This document shows positions 53,094 to 64,000 of a stretch of DNA of 64,000 bases, one piece after another. Source of the DNA: Trichosphaerium sp. ATCC 40318 (Eukaryota; Protista; Tubulinea); the NCBI GenBank assembly GCA_038496445.1, contig JALMLS010000064.1, forward strand, positions 1-64,000, read 5' to 3'. The notes beneath the pieces are model-generated. The model was not told the origin of the DNA. It saw only the letters and a list, made by a program, of their open reading frames with translations, and made no database searches. Made by a program: the position numbers and the translations under genes. Each line of letters begins with the position of its first letter. Positions within the stretch are counted from its first letter, which is position 1.

Positions 53094-55084
53094 ATGTCAT
53101 CGCCTGCTGTAAACAATATAAACTTCTTAATCAACTTATCGAGTGTTGTAAAGAGTGCTGCATTCAAAGACTTTGTGTGGAAACGTGGTGGTGTCAAAGC
53201 GCAGAAACCATGGAAATATAGGTATATGGTGATATCTCAACGTAAATTATACTACTACAAGAGTGATAAGGTGAGTTATCTCTTGTTTTGAATTTTACTG
53301 TTTTTGTCGATGGTACAATAGAATTCTATTGGCGTAATAGTACTGTACTGATATTAAATAGGACTCTCAACCGTTTGGCGTTATAGATTTAGCAAGCTAC
53401 GATAAGCTTGAGTATCAGTCGTATCCAAAGAAGAAATTCGCTCGTTATAGCTTCTTACTGCATAAGTACGTTAACTTTGATGCTGTGTACACCTTTTTAC
53501 TTCCTTATTTAGTTGCGATGGCTCTTCTCGTCCGTACATATTCGCAGCATCGAGCGAGGAAGCAAGAAAACGTTGGGAGACTGAAATTTGTAAGTGTTTT
53601 GTACCAGACACTAAACCTTTATCAGTACGCTTCAAACTATACCTATTCCCGTTGTAATGCGAAACTAGCAATCGCTAGAAGAAGAAGCCTCGCTTTCCGT
53701 TTCAAGTAACGGACCTGCCACAACAATAACTAACACTGACGCACCACAGAAGCAAGCGAAAGAGAAGGTACGTGATGATCGTGTAAACAACCAGCTCATT
53801 CTTTTTTTTTCAGAAGAAACAGCTTCGTGCGTCAAGCATGAACGATAAAACAACCACAAAAAAGACTGAAGACCCTCAAAAGCGCTTTACTGTGAATGAT
53901 CATACACTTGAAGACAGTGATGAAGAGAAATCAACGATCCAACCAAAAAAGAAAGAGAAAGCAAACGATAAAGAAAATAACAGTACGGAAGCGGTTAGTG
54001 ATGAAGAGGAAGTATCAACGGATAATAAAAAAATAGGTTTGAGTGGCGGGTGTTTATTGTTAGTACTAACCCCTCACAGATCTAAAAGCGCCAATGGATG
54101 AAGACAGTGATGCGTCTACAGTAGAAGAGGACGTGTCCAAAGATAGTGCTGAACCTGAAGCGCAGACAGGCGAAGAACCGAAATCACAGCGTTCAAATAA
54201 ATCAGCTGAAGAGAAAGCCACAGACAGCGCTGAGGATGCCAATGACGCTGACGGCGCAAACGACACCAGTGATGCTGCAGACGACGCCAATGATGGTGAC
54301 GAAGGAGGCGAAGGAGATAAAGGCGATGAAATTGCTGTAGCGTCGCGTCCGTCAATAGAGTCTGGATCTGGTTCTATCGCCAATTCAGAAATGGAATCGC
54401 GTCCGTCCATGGACTCTGACTCTACAACAACACCTCGAACAGAAAAGAAAAAAAAAGCTGGAAAGAAAAAGAAAGTGGTAAAGAAAAAATCATCTGTAGA
54501 TCTCGAATCTCAGCCAAAATCACTTGAAAAACAAGTCAAGGAAAGAAAGACACCAAGGAATTCTCCAAAGAAGAAAAGACGTGAAAAAAATTCGCCTAGA
54601 AAGTCTCCCAGCAAACGCAAAAGAGACAAGAAAAAGAATGACACAAAGGATGGCACTACAGAGGTAGAATCTCCATCAACTTCCTTGAGTTTACCTATAA
54701 CACCTACAAAACCGTTCGTGCCTATATTGGCAAGCAGCGATTCGTCTGATAAGATTATTGTCGACGAAGAGTATGCTCCAATTCCAGGTTAGTCGTTGGA
54801 TATTGTTTTCCAATAATCTAAGTTTGTTTTTAGCCAAGAAGCCTAAGCAACAGAACGGCTCGACCAGCGAAAACGGTGATAGTACAAAAAAAGATAATAA
54901 TAGTACTTCGGAATCAAGTCGTAGTAGTTGGATATCAGGTAAAAGAGGAAAACGTAAAACAATATGTACAGCTTTGGCTGTTGATAAAAAAAATATGACA
55001 GACTTGGAACTATTTGAAAGCGGAAACTTTGATGATATGTCCAGTGTAGAAGAGACTCCTTCAATAAACAAGAGTAAGGAATGA
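53094..55084 (+). CDS. PH-domain protein with long acidic/basic low-complexity C-terminal region
   Basis: FVWKRGG..KPWKYRYMVI..LYYYKSDK|DSQPFGVIDL..YIFAASSEEARKRW; D/E- and K-rich tail. Confidence 0.85.
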
Positions 55085-55638
55085 ATTATAGTCACATTGT
55101 AAATCAGTTTTGTTATTCAAATACGCAAACTCGTATTGAACTTGCGACGGCGGAAGTAACTGAGTATCAGTAAACAACAAGAGGTGGAAGTCATTGAAAT
55201 TTCACAGGAATTTCGAGATGAAAAATCGACGGTACTCAAATTACAGTAGGCAAAACAATAAACATTTGTACAGTAAACTCTCACTTATTGTTGTTATTAA
55301 TTCTCGTATTTGTTGTTACCACTGCTGCATAAGAACTCACATACTGACAAGGTAAATTCTGCGTAACCACGACTGGTTTATGAGAGTACTATTTAGAATC
55401 AAGAGGCAATACTAGAGATAGTCGTCACCCATTCCTGGCTGGAGATTGCTACAAATACTATTACAAGTCTGAGTTCTCTACTATTTTAACTCTTCTGTTT
55501 TTTTTAGCTTGTGAAACCAACTACAAAACTTAATAGTTTAACCGGCATAGCCATTATTTCTCATTTGTATTTTAACTCAAACATACACAGCTGTAAAGTC
55601 ATCAATAGTATTTCAAATAACATTGTTTAGTTACAGTG

Positions 55639-57400
55639 TTAGAAGTTTATAAAGTATGCACTGTTTAGTGCTTTGATTCCCTTCTCGGTTACGGCTGTGT
55701 TATTTATATGAATTGTGTGAACACTTACAAGTGCTTGTATTCCTTCATCTGTCACTGAAGTAGAATCAAGATAAATCTCATGAACACCAGCCAGCACTTT
55801 GATACCTTCATCAGTAACTGCAGTGTATCTAAGATGAATGGTATGAACACCTGCCAACGCTTTGATGCCATCATCAGTAACTGAAGTGCTATCCAGATAA
55901 ATGGCGTGAACTCCCGCCAATTCTTTGATGCCATCATCAGTAACTAAAGTTCCATCCAGATATATAGTATGAACTCCTGCTAAAGCTTTAATACCTTCAT
56001 CTGTAACTGAACTACCAATAAGATTGATAGTATGAACTCCGCTAAGTGCTTTGATTCCCATGTCAGTAACGAAAGTTCTAACAAGATTTATACTGTGAAC
56101 TCCTGCCAATGATTTGATTCCCTCATCAGTTGTTGATGTTTCAAACAGAAAAATGGTATGAACTCCAGCCAATGATTTAATGCCTTTAGCTGTGACTGAA
56201 GTGCCATTTAGATGAATGGTGTGAACACCTACCAGCGCTTGTATACCTTTATCAGTTACTGAGGTACCTTTCAGATGAATGGTGTGTACGCCTGCTAATG
56301 ATTTGATTCCTTCATCAGTCACCGAAGTGTTATCAAGATGGATTGTGTGCACTCCCTTTAAAGGCTTTATGCCTTCGTTAGTTATGTAAGTTTCATTGAG
56401 GTGAATGGTATGAACTCCTGCCAAGCATTTGATATCATCATCAGTCACTGAAGTGTCATCAAGGCCAATAGTATGGACGTTTTTCAATGCCCTTAGGCTT
56501 TCACCAGTGACTGATGTGCCACGTAGATGAATAGTATGAACTCCTGACAGAGCTTCTATACCTTTATCAGTTATGAAAGTGCCTTCTAGATAAATGGTGT
56601 GAACTCCAGCAAGTGCCTTGACACCCTTATCAGTTATTGAGGTATGGTTGAGATTGATAGTATGAACTCCAGCAAGTGCTTGTATACCTTCATCAGTGAC
56701 GGGAGTGTAATCAAGATTAATGGTATGAACGCCTGCCAATGCTTGTATTCCTTCATTTGTCAAGAAAAGTGCGCATGTAAGGCTAACAGTGTGTACTCCA
56801 GCTAAAGCTTTGATACCCTCGTCAGTTATGGAATAGGTGTAAGTGAGGTGGATTGTGTGCACTCCAGCTAAGGCTTTGAGGCCCTCATCAGTCACTGAAG
56901 TTGTGTCAAGATTAATGGTATGAACGCCAGCCAATGTTTTGACACCTTCGTCTGATACTGAAGTCCCACCAAGATGAATGTTACGTACTCCAGAGAGCAA
57001 CTTCACAATCTTATCAATATCTTCAACTCTAGCAACACAAACATGTGTATGTCTGAGTACTCCCGGATAGTTGCTGATTGTTTTTGCCGATTCAAAGTCT
57101 GATATTCTGATGCGATTGTACCCAACAATATTGTGAATGAGCGAAGAAAAACGAGAACAACTTATAGCTGCTGAAACCCTACAGGTATTTATCTGACATA
57201 AAATATGCGCCAATATCTCATTTGGTAGGTTTAGGAGGTTTAACGTATCACTAAGAACACGTGTTAAAAAGAGAATCAAAACAACTTTAAATAAAATGAA
57301 ACAAATATGAGTTTGGAGTAAGTGTCTTTTAAGCAAAATGTTTTGCTAATGTTATAAAACAATAACTAGTGTAGCCGTACTTCTTTGTAGATTCACTCAT
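55639..57400 (-). CDS. F-box + 21 tandem ~21-aa leucine-rich repeats
   Basis: Exon 1 MSESTKN, intron 57380-57251, then LLNLPNEILAHIL (F-box) and 21 copies of VHTIxLxxTSVTDEGIKALAG. Confidence 0.92.
55660..56985 (-). repeat. 63-nt (two 66-nt) coding tandem repeat array, 21 units
   Basis: Periodic gtatgaactcc / atcagt motifs on the + strand, matching the LRR units. Confidence 0.9.
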
Positions 57401-57628
57401 TAACTACAAATTAAACCTTGACTCTCACTCTTTGTAGACTGTTGAAGACTGGGTATGGATTTGAAGATTTGACAGGCCTTGGACTTAGCTGTTTTACATT
57501 TGGGCAGTACACATGAGGAAAACAACAAGGAAATCAACGAGAAAACTCGTGGTAACAAAAAAATAGAATTTATTTGTTGTTGGGTGAGCCAAATAATTGG
57601 ACAGCATTTTACCTGAGCGGAGTGACTT

Positions 57629-59938
57629 TTAGTTTGTATTCATGATATCTTTTTTTGAATTGGATTTGAGTTCTCTTTGTTTGGCGAGTTCTTTCCTCTT
57701 TAGGCTCATATTATGTGTTGCATTCTTCAATTTCTTCATCATGGAAGTTACACCATGTTCAATAACATCATTGAAAGCAGTGCAAGCTGCATCCTCAGTT
57801 CTAGATATACGTCAACAAAGCATGAAGTCAAAGTGACAACGTTAAAGAAGTGATCGTTACCTGGTAAGGAATAGACCATAGGCCAAGCAACCATCTATTT
57901 GCTCCGGTGTGAATACATTTCTGAAGACCGAATTACATAGGTAAGATATCCATCCGTTGTTCCGTCTTAAAATAAGGAAGCCCTGACAGCATCTGCTTTG
58001 TAATTAATCGTAACAACATACAGTTTTGGGTTGTACCTGACTTTGAATTCCTGCCACTTCCCTCTTCCCTCCAGAGTAGATTTCAACTTTGTTGGAATAG
58101 CCATAGAAGGTGCATCCACTATTGCATTCGTAAGGATACCAAGCTAGTGCATCATGTGTAAAGACGTACCTCCAAAGGTCTTGAGATTGAAGGCGTGTTT
58201 GAAATCAAGGTGGAAGAACGTATAGTCATCTTTCACCATTAGGTTATCCTTATGCCTATCACGAAGACCCAATAAGAATCCACCAACGAAACCGCCTATG
58301 AACAGTTTAATAAAAACCAAAAAATCTTTGTTGGGCTAACCAGCGGCAGTTGTAAGGAATATATCCATGTCAGCATCAGATGACTTCTCTAGGAGGGACC
58401 AATCGTATTCTCTGATTGGCACTGAGTTTTCTACGAGTTGCATAAAACCTATGTTGATGCCTGCTGGTGTTACTCTACGGGATACATTAGACCCAAGCTT
58501 TACACTACAACACATACTTGAAGGTCTGTATCTTAATCTCTGCTTCAATACCAGAGTCTTTCCACAGTTCGTTAAATACTGAAAACATATACTCCACGCC
58601 AAGATCCGGTTTGAGTTCATCGTCTTTAAAGACAATACGTTTTAAGCCTTTTGGCCCTTTCAGTTCCTATTCAATGACATGCTGTTAGCTACGAGGTATC
58701 ATTTAGTGCAATGTAAACAATACCATTAGACACGGCGCATGTCCTGATGAGAAGACCTTTGTTACATTAATGTTCGTGATTGAATTCTTTGGTTTGTAGA
58801 CTGGATCTAGGATTTTTACATCCCATGAATCATTAGCCTGTGATAAGAAGTGAATACGATAATTTAATACGATGAACTACCTTTGGCTTGATTGTAGCAC
58901 GTTGCGCGAAAAAGTCGTGTGTAGCAGTAATCTTCTTGTCTGCCCATAATGATTCTCTTTGGAGTTTTGGTTAGTTTGATAACCACTTTCTCTAGTGTGC
59001 AAACACGCACTGTTTATATTCAGGGCACATGTAACAATCAGCCTTGAATAACCAAAATCCCGTGTACCTGATGATTTAATTAGTATGAAATATCCCAAAA
59101 GTCACGTGGCTCACCTGACTGCTTTGCTAGCTTTGATGCGTTGTAACAATGCCGGTATGATATTCGGCATTTGTAACAGCACAGGCAAATGCAATTTGAG
59201 TTGATGCACCTTGAAGTAGAATGAGACGAAGTAGTCGGTTGTAAAAAAACATTGTGTCATACAGATAATCCTTTGACGTCGTTTTGAGACAAGGCTCCAT
59301 TCACAATCTTGTAGTACAACGAGAAGTTAGGCACAGATGGCACTGAAGGCATGACTGAGTCCTCTTCATCATCGTCTTCGGGTGTTGATGGCGTGTTCTC
59401 GTTGCCCTCTACCCAAGGAAGCTTTTCAGACGCGTCTTCTAGCAGTGATCGTATGTATGCATTTTGAATGATGGCTCTTGTTTCTACACCCGTTTTCGCC
59501 TTGTTTGCCAAGGACTAAAGCAGTTAGTACTAAGCAATTAACCGTCCAGTACGATGAATATGCGGTCGACTGCATCGTTTACGCATGCTTGATCTGTTTT
59601 ACCTAAAAATAGTATTATATAAGCCCCCGTGCGTTGGTATCATGCCTGTTGATTTTGCTAGCACTTCGGCTCGTATTGAAGATGTATTTATAACGTCCGC
59701 TATGAACGTTTTAGCTACAGACGCTGCAAGGAAGCCAGTTCCATCCTGAGTGAGCTGTTAGCACAATAGTTTTAATTAAGATTCGTACTGGATCATAGTG
59801 CTCTAAAACGACCTGCAAACCTCTCACATTCTTAGAAGCGGTCTATATATGTTAAAAACGGTACTAGTAAGACCAGCGCACCAAAAAAGGAGTATCTTTG
59901 TATTGTCGTAATAGACTTGCGCCTGGAGTGTTGCCCAT
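57629..59938 (-). CDS. PI3K/PI4K-family lipid kinase with myristoylation-type MG start and N-terminal EF-hand-like domain
   Basis: MGNTPGAS..YDPDGTGFL; truncated helical domain LHLPVLLQ..LLQR..FWLFKAD; VFSSGHAP, IVFKDDELKPD, GFMQLV, LGLRDRHKDNLM, FHLDFKH. Confidence 0.82.
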
Positions 59939-60109
59939 TGCTACTTTTGTTGATTCTGACAAGCCGTTGTGACAACGAATACAGTTGACTTTCAACGAAA
60001 CGATAATAAAATATTATTCGCTAAACTCAATTTTCTGTGGATATTTTTATTGAACACTTTTCAAGACACCCATTTTGGGTGAACGAGTAAACCTATCGAC
60101 TGGATAGCT

Positions 60110-62034
60110 CTAAGTTTGCCAAGGCTATTCGGGATTAGTATTTATTGTTAGAAATGGTTTATGGTGGTTACCTTGGCTTTAGGGGTGAGATTTCCTTTGA
60201 GGTCCAATGGCTGGTTAGGATTTGGTGGTGCGTCGTTAATGTCTGTTCGAACATTAGGCGGTGTTTCACCTCGTTGTATCATGTCAGCCAATTCAGCGTA
60301 GCTGAGTTGTTTGTGTTGTGGTTGCTGTGGTTTGGTATCCTTGATTTCATCCTGTTTTGGCTGAGGTGTTGTTTCAATTGTGTCTTTTTCTTCTTTTTCA
60401 TCCTTGACCTCCTTCTTTTCTTCTTTGGTTTCAGTTGTATTGTCGATATCCAATTGCGCACTTGAAGGATTAGATACTTGCAAGCTTGACTCTTGTTGCC
60501 TTTGTGATGATTAGTCAACGTTAAAAAACCTATCATCCGAGGATGATCGCACCATGCTGGGATGGACGGTGCTTGGTATCCTCTAACCCAAGGCATTGTT
60601 GCAGCCGTCGATGGAGGATAAGCTGTTTGTTTTTTAGGCACAGGTTGAGGGCTACAAAAGAAGTATTAACACAAGTCAAGTCATTGAATTTAAAGAGGTT
60701 TACCTGGTATAACCGCCTTGCAATTCATTGTTAATATCATTCAAACCTGATTTTAAGTTTTGATATGTTTGTCTCATTTCGCCATCAGGTCCAAAGTCCA
60801 TGCGATTAGATTCCGTACGAGGAAGTAATGCTCGTATTTTATCAACTTGATTACGAAGATCTGACAACTGTATTGAAGGTAAGGGATAATTGAAATGGCT
60901 TTTTTTGAAACATTTTGTTTTTAATACCTTGGCAGCTTCATGGCGTTTTTGCACTTCTGCAATGTTCAATTGTTTTGTCACTGCTTGTTCCTCACGTTCA
61001 ACGAACTCTTGAACTACGTTCATGGCTTCTTTAACATCTGTACATTGTTCTGTCATCTTCTCATGTACGAGATTCACCTTGCTCTCAAGATCTTCAAGTT
61101 TTTTTTGTTTTGGTGATTTCTACATTGGACTGTCAAACAAAACAATGGTTATGTGATCATGGATTGGTAGTACCGTTTTCCAAAACCAAGGTATCAAATA
61201 TTTCTGCAAAGATTCGGCGTTAGTTCACGTTTGGTAAAAAATAACAAAAAATGATAGTGTATTGAGGACGCACAACTATGAAATGGAAGAGTCCACTACC
61301 CAACACGCCAAACAGAGAAGCAAAAATGATGACACCACGCCAATTTGGTTGTGCTACAATAACTCTAGGAGGTAGTGCAGGCCTTGGTACCATCATTGCG
61401 CCAGGAGCCATTTGTGTGGTGGCAGGTACAAATTCTGACCATTCGGCTGTTAGAAAGTGTCATAGCTTGTTAAAAGAGAAATCTAGTTGCGTACGTGGTT
61501 GAACGTTTGCGATACCAGCTCTGTTCAGAGCCTCATTTAATTCAGTGTCTGTTAAACCTTTGTGTTTTAAAAATTGTTTTCTCTTCTCTATGGGTTCATT
61601 GCGAACCTGTGGAGTGTCAATGACTGATGGAGGCGAGTGTTGCGTGCCTTTGGATGATTTAAAAATTGTACAGCGTTTGTGATCATTGATTCGCGCATTG
61701 GTTGCGCTTGTTGAGGAACTGTGGATGCTGGTACTGATATCTGCGGTGGTAGCTGTGTTGGTACAGGGGTTGACACCTAGTTGTAGAATTGACACGTTAA
61801 CTCTAATAATGGAAGCGCTTGCGTAAGTGTTGGCGTATTACAATACCTGTACAGTTGATGGCTGTGCTTGTTGGCGTAAAGCTTCTCTACGCTGCATGAC
61901 GGCTGCTCTTCTGCTCTCTTTGTCCGTATCTACCTGTAAAACGTTAATTGAGGAAAACATCAATGGACATGTACAGTGTCAGGCACAATTGCTGGGCTTG
62001 CACCAGCGCTGGCATTCGCTGTTGCAGTTTGCAT
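60110..62034 (-). CDS. PEX14: peroxin PEX14
   Basis: MRESMITNAVQFLNHPK|VRNEPIEKRKQFLKHKGLTDTELNEAL; TM WRGVIIFASLFGVLG; coiled coil; C-terminal SYAELADMIQRGETPPNVR.DIND.PPNP..KAKPW. Confidence 0.95.
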
Positions 62035-62105
62035 AGTTGGGAAAGTGTTGAATACCTAAACGAAGTCAAGTGTACAAGTCAACACAAGTACATTGCTACT
62101 ACAAA

Positions 62106-62354
62106 ATGCAACGACGGTCTGAGCGTGTCATAGAATTAATCGCACATACTATGAGCGATATAGCAGCTTTACGCGCGATTTGTTGCACTTGTAAGATGTT
62201 ACATAAAAGGATTGGACCAATCGCCACCAGGAAGCATGAATTAAGCTCCAGCCCACAGCGTAGACCTTCTACTGCATTTTTCGTCAGTGTTTTTGTTGTA
62301 TTGCTGTCGTTTTATCTAGCAACGGCTGCTCTTTGGCGATCTTGTGGGAAATGA
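62106..62354 (+). CDS. small F-box-like protein with C-terminal TM (tail-anchored?)
   Basis: SERVIELIAHTMSDIAALRAICCTCKMLH resembles an F-box lacking the LP; hydrophobic AFFVSVFVVLLSFYLATAALW. Confidence 0.4.
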   Translation: MQRRSERVIELIAHTMSDIAALRAICCTCKMLHKRIGPIATRKHELSSSPQRRPSTAFFVSVFVVLLSFYLATAALWRSCGK

Positions 62355-62641
62355 TATCAAACGCTTTGAAAAAGTCACGTGGTCATTGTGTCAACAAGAG
62401 TAACTAAAAGAATGCAAGCGGAACGGCGCAACACCAAGCCAAATGCAACTACAAAATAGTGTGTACTGCAAACTCTATCTGGAAGCTACAATGAATCGAT
62501 AGCTACGGCGCAACATAAAAAAGAGAAAGGTGAAGTGAAAGCTTGAATAAAATAGTTTATTTGATCTATACAATACTTGGTAATCTCATTCACATGCAAT
62601 CGGGCAGCCCCATTTGATTGTACTTCTGAGTGCGTTTCACA

Positions 62642-64000
62642 CTACTCCTGTGTAGTTACAACGAGCTTGAGCAAGTCGGGACGTGCTGTTTTTGTGGTGA
62701 GTATACTATGCGTCTTAGTGGTTGATCCAAAACACGTACAGTAGTGACCGGATATGTCCAAATTGTGTCTTTCTTCAATGACTGTTGCTCTATCCAAGGT
62801 GTGGTAAAGAATACCTTCCTCACCGATCTAAATACCAAAGTCAACACGTGGGCATGTTAGATATGAAGACTTGCAAGAGGACCAGCAACAACGCCACCTT
62901 TAGGATCAACAATCACCTAACTAAAGTAAGCAGCTGACCTTAACTTTTGCCAGTAACCGAGCCGCCATCTTGCATAAACTTAGAAGCATCCTAAATATTG
63001 ACGATTGTTAACTTGGTATGTGCAAGGATAATACCTGTTTTCCCTTTTCTTGTATGGCTGCTTTCAGAGGAAAATCCGCGTCGTCTAGGAATAATTAGCC
63101 ATCCCAGCTTAACATTTCTTTGTTTACCTAAGTGATCAAAAGCAGTCCATGACATTAGCCCGCATGCCTACAAATTAAGGATGGTAATGTGGACGTTTAG
63201 GCCTACTCTAATGCCATACCGAAATAACCCAAGTCCTACCTTCCAGTGCTATAAATCTGGTTATATCTTGAGTCAGTTTTTTACTCCCAGGCCTACTTTT
63301 ATAAAAACGTGACTGCATAACCATCAACGTACCACACTGCAACATGTATCATCTCACCTTGTTGGCGTAATGCAGTACGTGCAAGTGGTAACCTTATACA
63401 CCTTTAGAACCCAAACACGCATCGATACTTTTCATACCAATTCTCCCAACAATTCAATCCTCCAATAGGTCCAGCAGGAGATGGATAAACTACTAATCCT
63501 TTACCATCTCCATCAGCCTTTAGAGTACACGATAAGTTACGTTAACCCAATTTGACGTACCCATGTGAGACGTTCTTCAAACGTCGGTTTTATCTTTCTA
63601 TGACGGCCTAGTATCTGTCCATTGCTACCAATGACCAGCAAGGTGCAGTAAATCGACGTAGACGAAGTTTCTTTTTCAGCAATGCCTCCCATGAGCATTA
63701 CACCAAGCTCCCTTTTACAACAATAAAATGAAGAACAAGATGTACTCCAACGCACTTTGCAACAGCTCTCAACAATTAGGTAAGCGTTTAAAAGTCAGCC
63801 TAGCAACTACTGTGTACCTCATTTCATTGACAATGTCACCGTCCAAAGTCACTGCCTCTTCCCAATATTTTCTATACGCGGCTGAACATATTTCTGTGTT
63901 AGATTGTAAAGCAAAGAGAACAAAATGTACTCTTCTGGTCTTTGTTATTAAACTTTGCGCCATCTGTGAGGCTTATCCACTGTGGATACCCTAAAAGTGA
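62642..64000 (-). CDS. nitrilase (CN-hydrolase branch 1), 5' end outside the window
   Basis: GYPQW, IYCTL, HRKIKPTFEERLTWADGDG, GGLNCWENWLPLAR, HVAVWPG, DISGHYSRPD. Confidence 0.93.

Noticed and set aside
55660-56985. 63-nt periodic array as a CRISPR or non-coding repeat
   Set aside because: It is an open reading frame with synonymous variation and no repeat-spacer structure; it encodes LRRs.
18127-60342. Other GTATCCTT matches (18127+, 58132-58139 on -, 60335+) as U12 donors
   Set aside because: They are antisense to a gene or lie inside coding sequence (LGILT), with no matching branch site.

Overview
Gene-dense, AT-rich eukaryotic nuclear DNA using the standard genetic code, with many short spliceosomal introns (mostly ~40-130 nt; donors GTAC/GTAA/GTAT). 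The ORF track therefore shows only exon fragments and antisense shadows, so I assembled the gene models by hand from splice sites and protein motifs; internal exon boundaries are unverified. An SHK-type kinase-SH2 gene, a single-granulin gene and the PARP-like domain type suggest an amoebozoan protist (inference). About 27 genes or gene relics are present. Recognisable genes: JMJD8, D-amino acid oxidase, ABHD1/3-like hydrolase, HAUS5, a CPA2 cation/H+ antiporter, a P2X receptor, clathrin heavy chain, a Rab11-like GTPase, a METTL21-type methyltransferase, PEX14 and a nitrilase. Best candidates for novelty: (1) one gene encoding myosin motor-IQ-SAH-MORN-SAM-ADP-ribosyltransferase (H-Y-E); (2) an HSF-type DNA-binding domain fused to an RBR E3 ligase; (3) an N-acylated (MGC) Rab11-like GTPase with no C-terminal prenylation site, head-to-head with clathrin; (4) a myristoylated EF-hand domain fused to a minimal PI3K-like kinase; (5) five F-box-like genes, several decaying, one with 21 LRRs that vary at fixed positions; (6) a U12-type intron in HAUS5, several GC-AG introns, and apparent enrichment of CACGTG. 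No tRNA, rRNA or CRISPR array was found.
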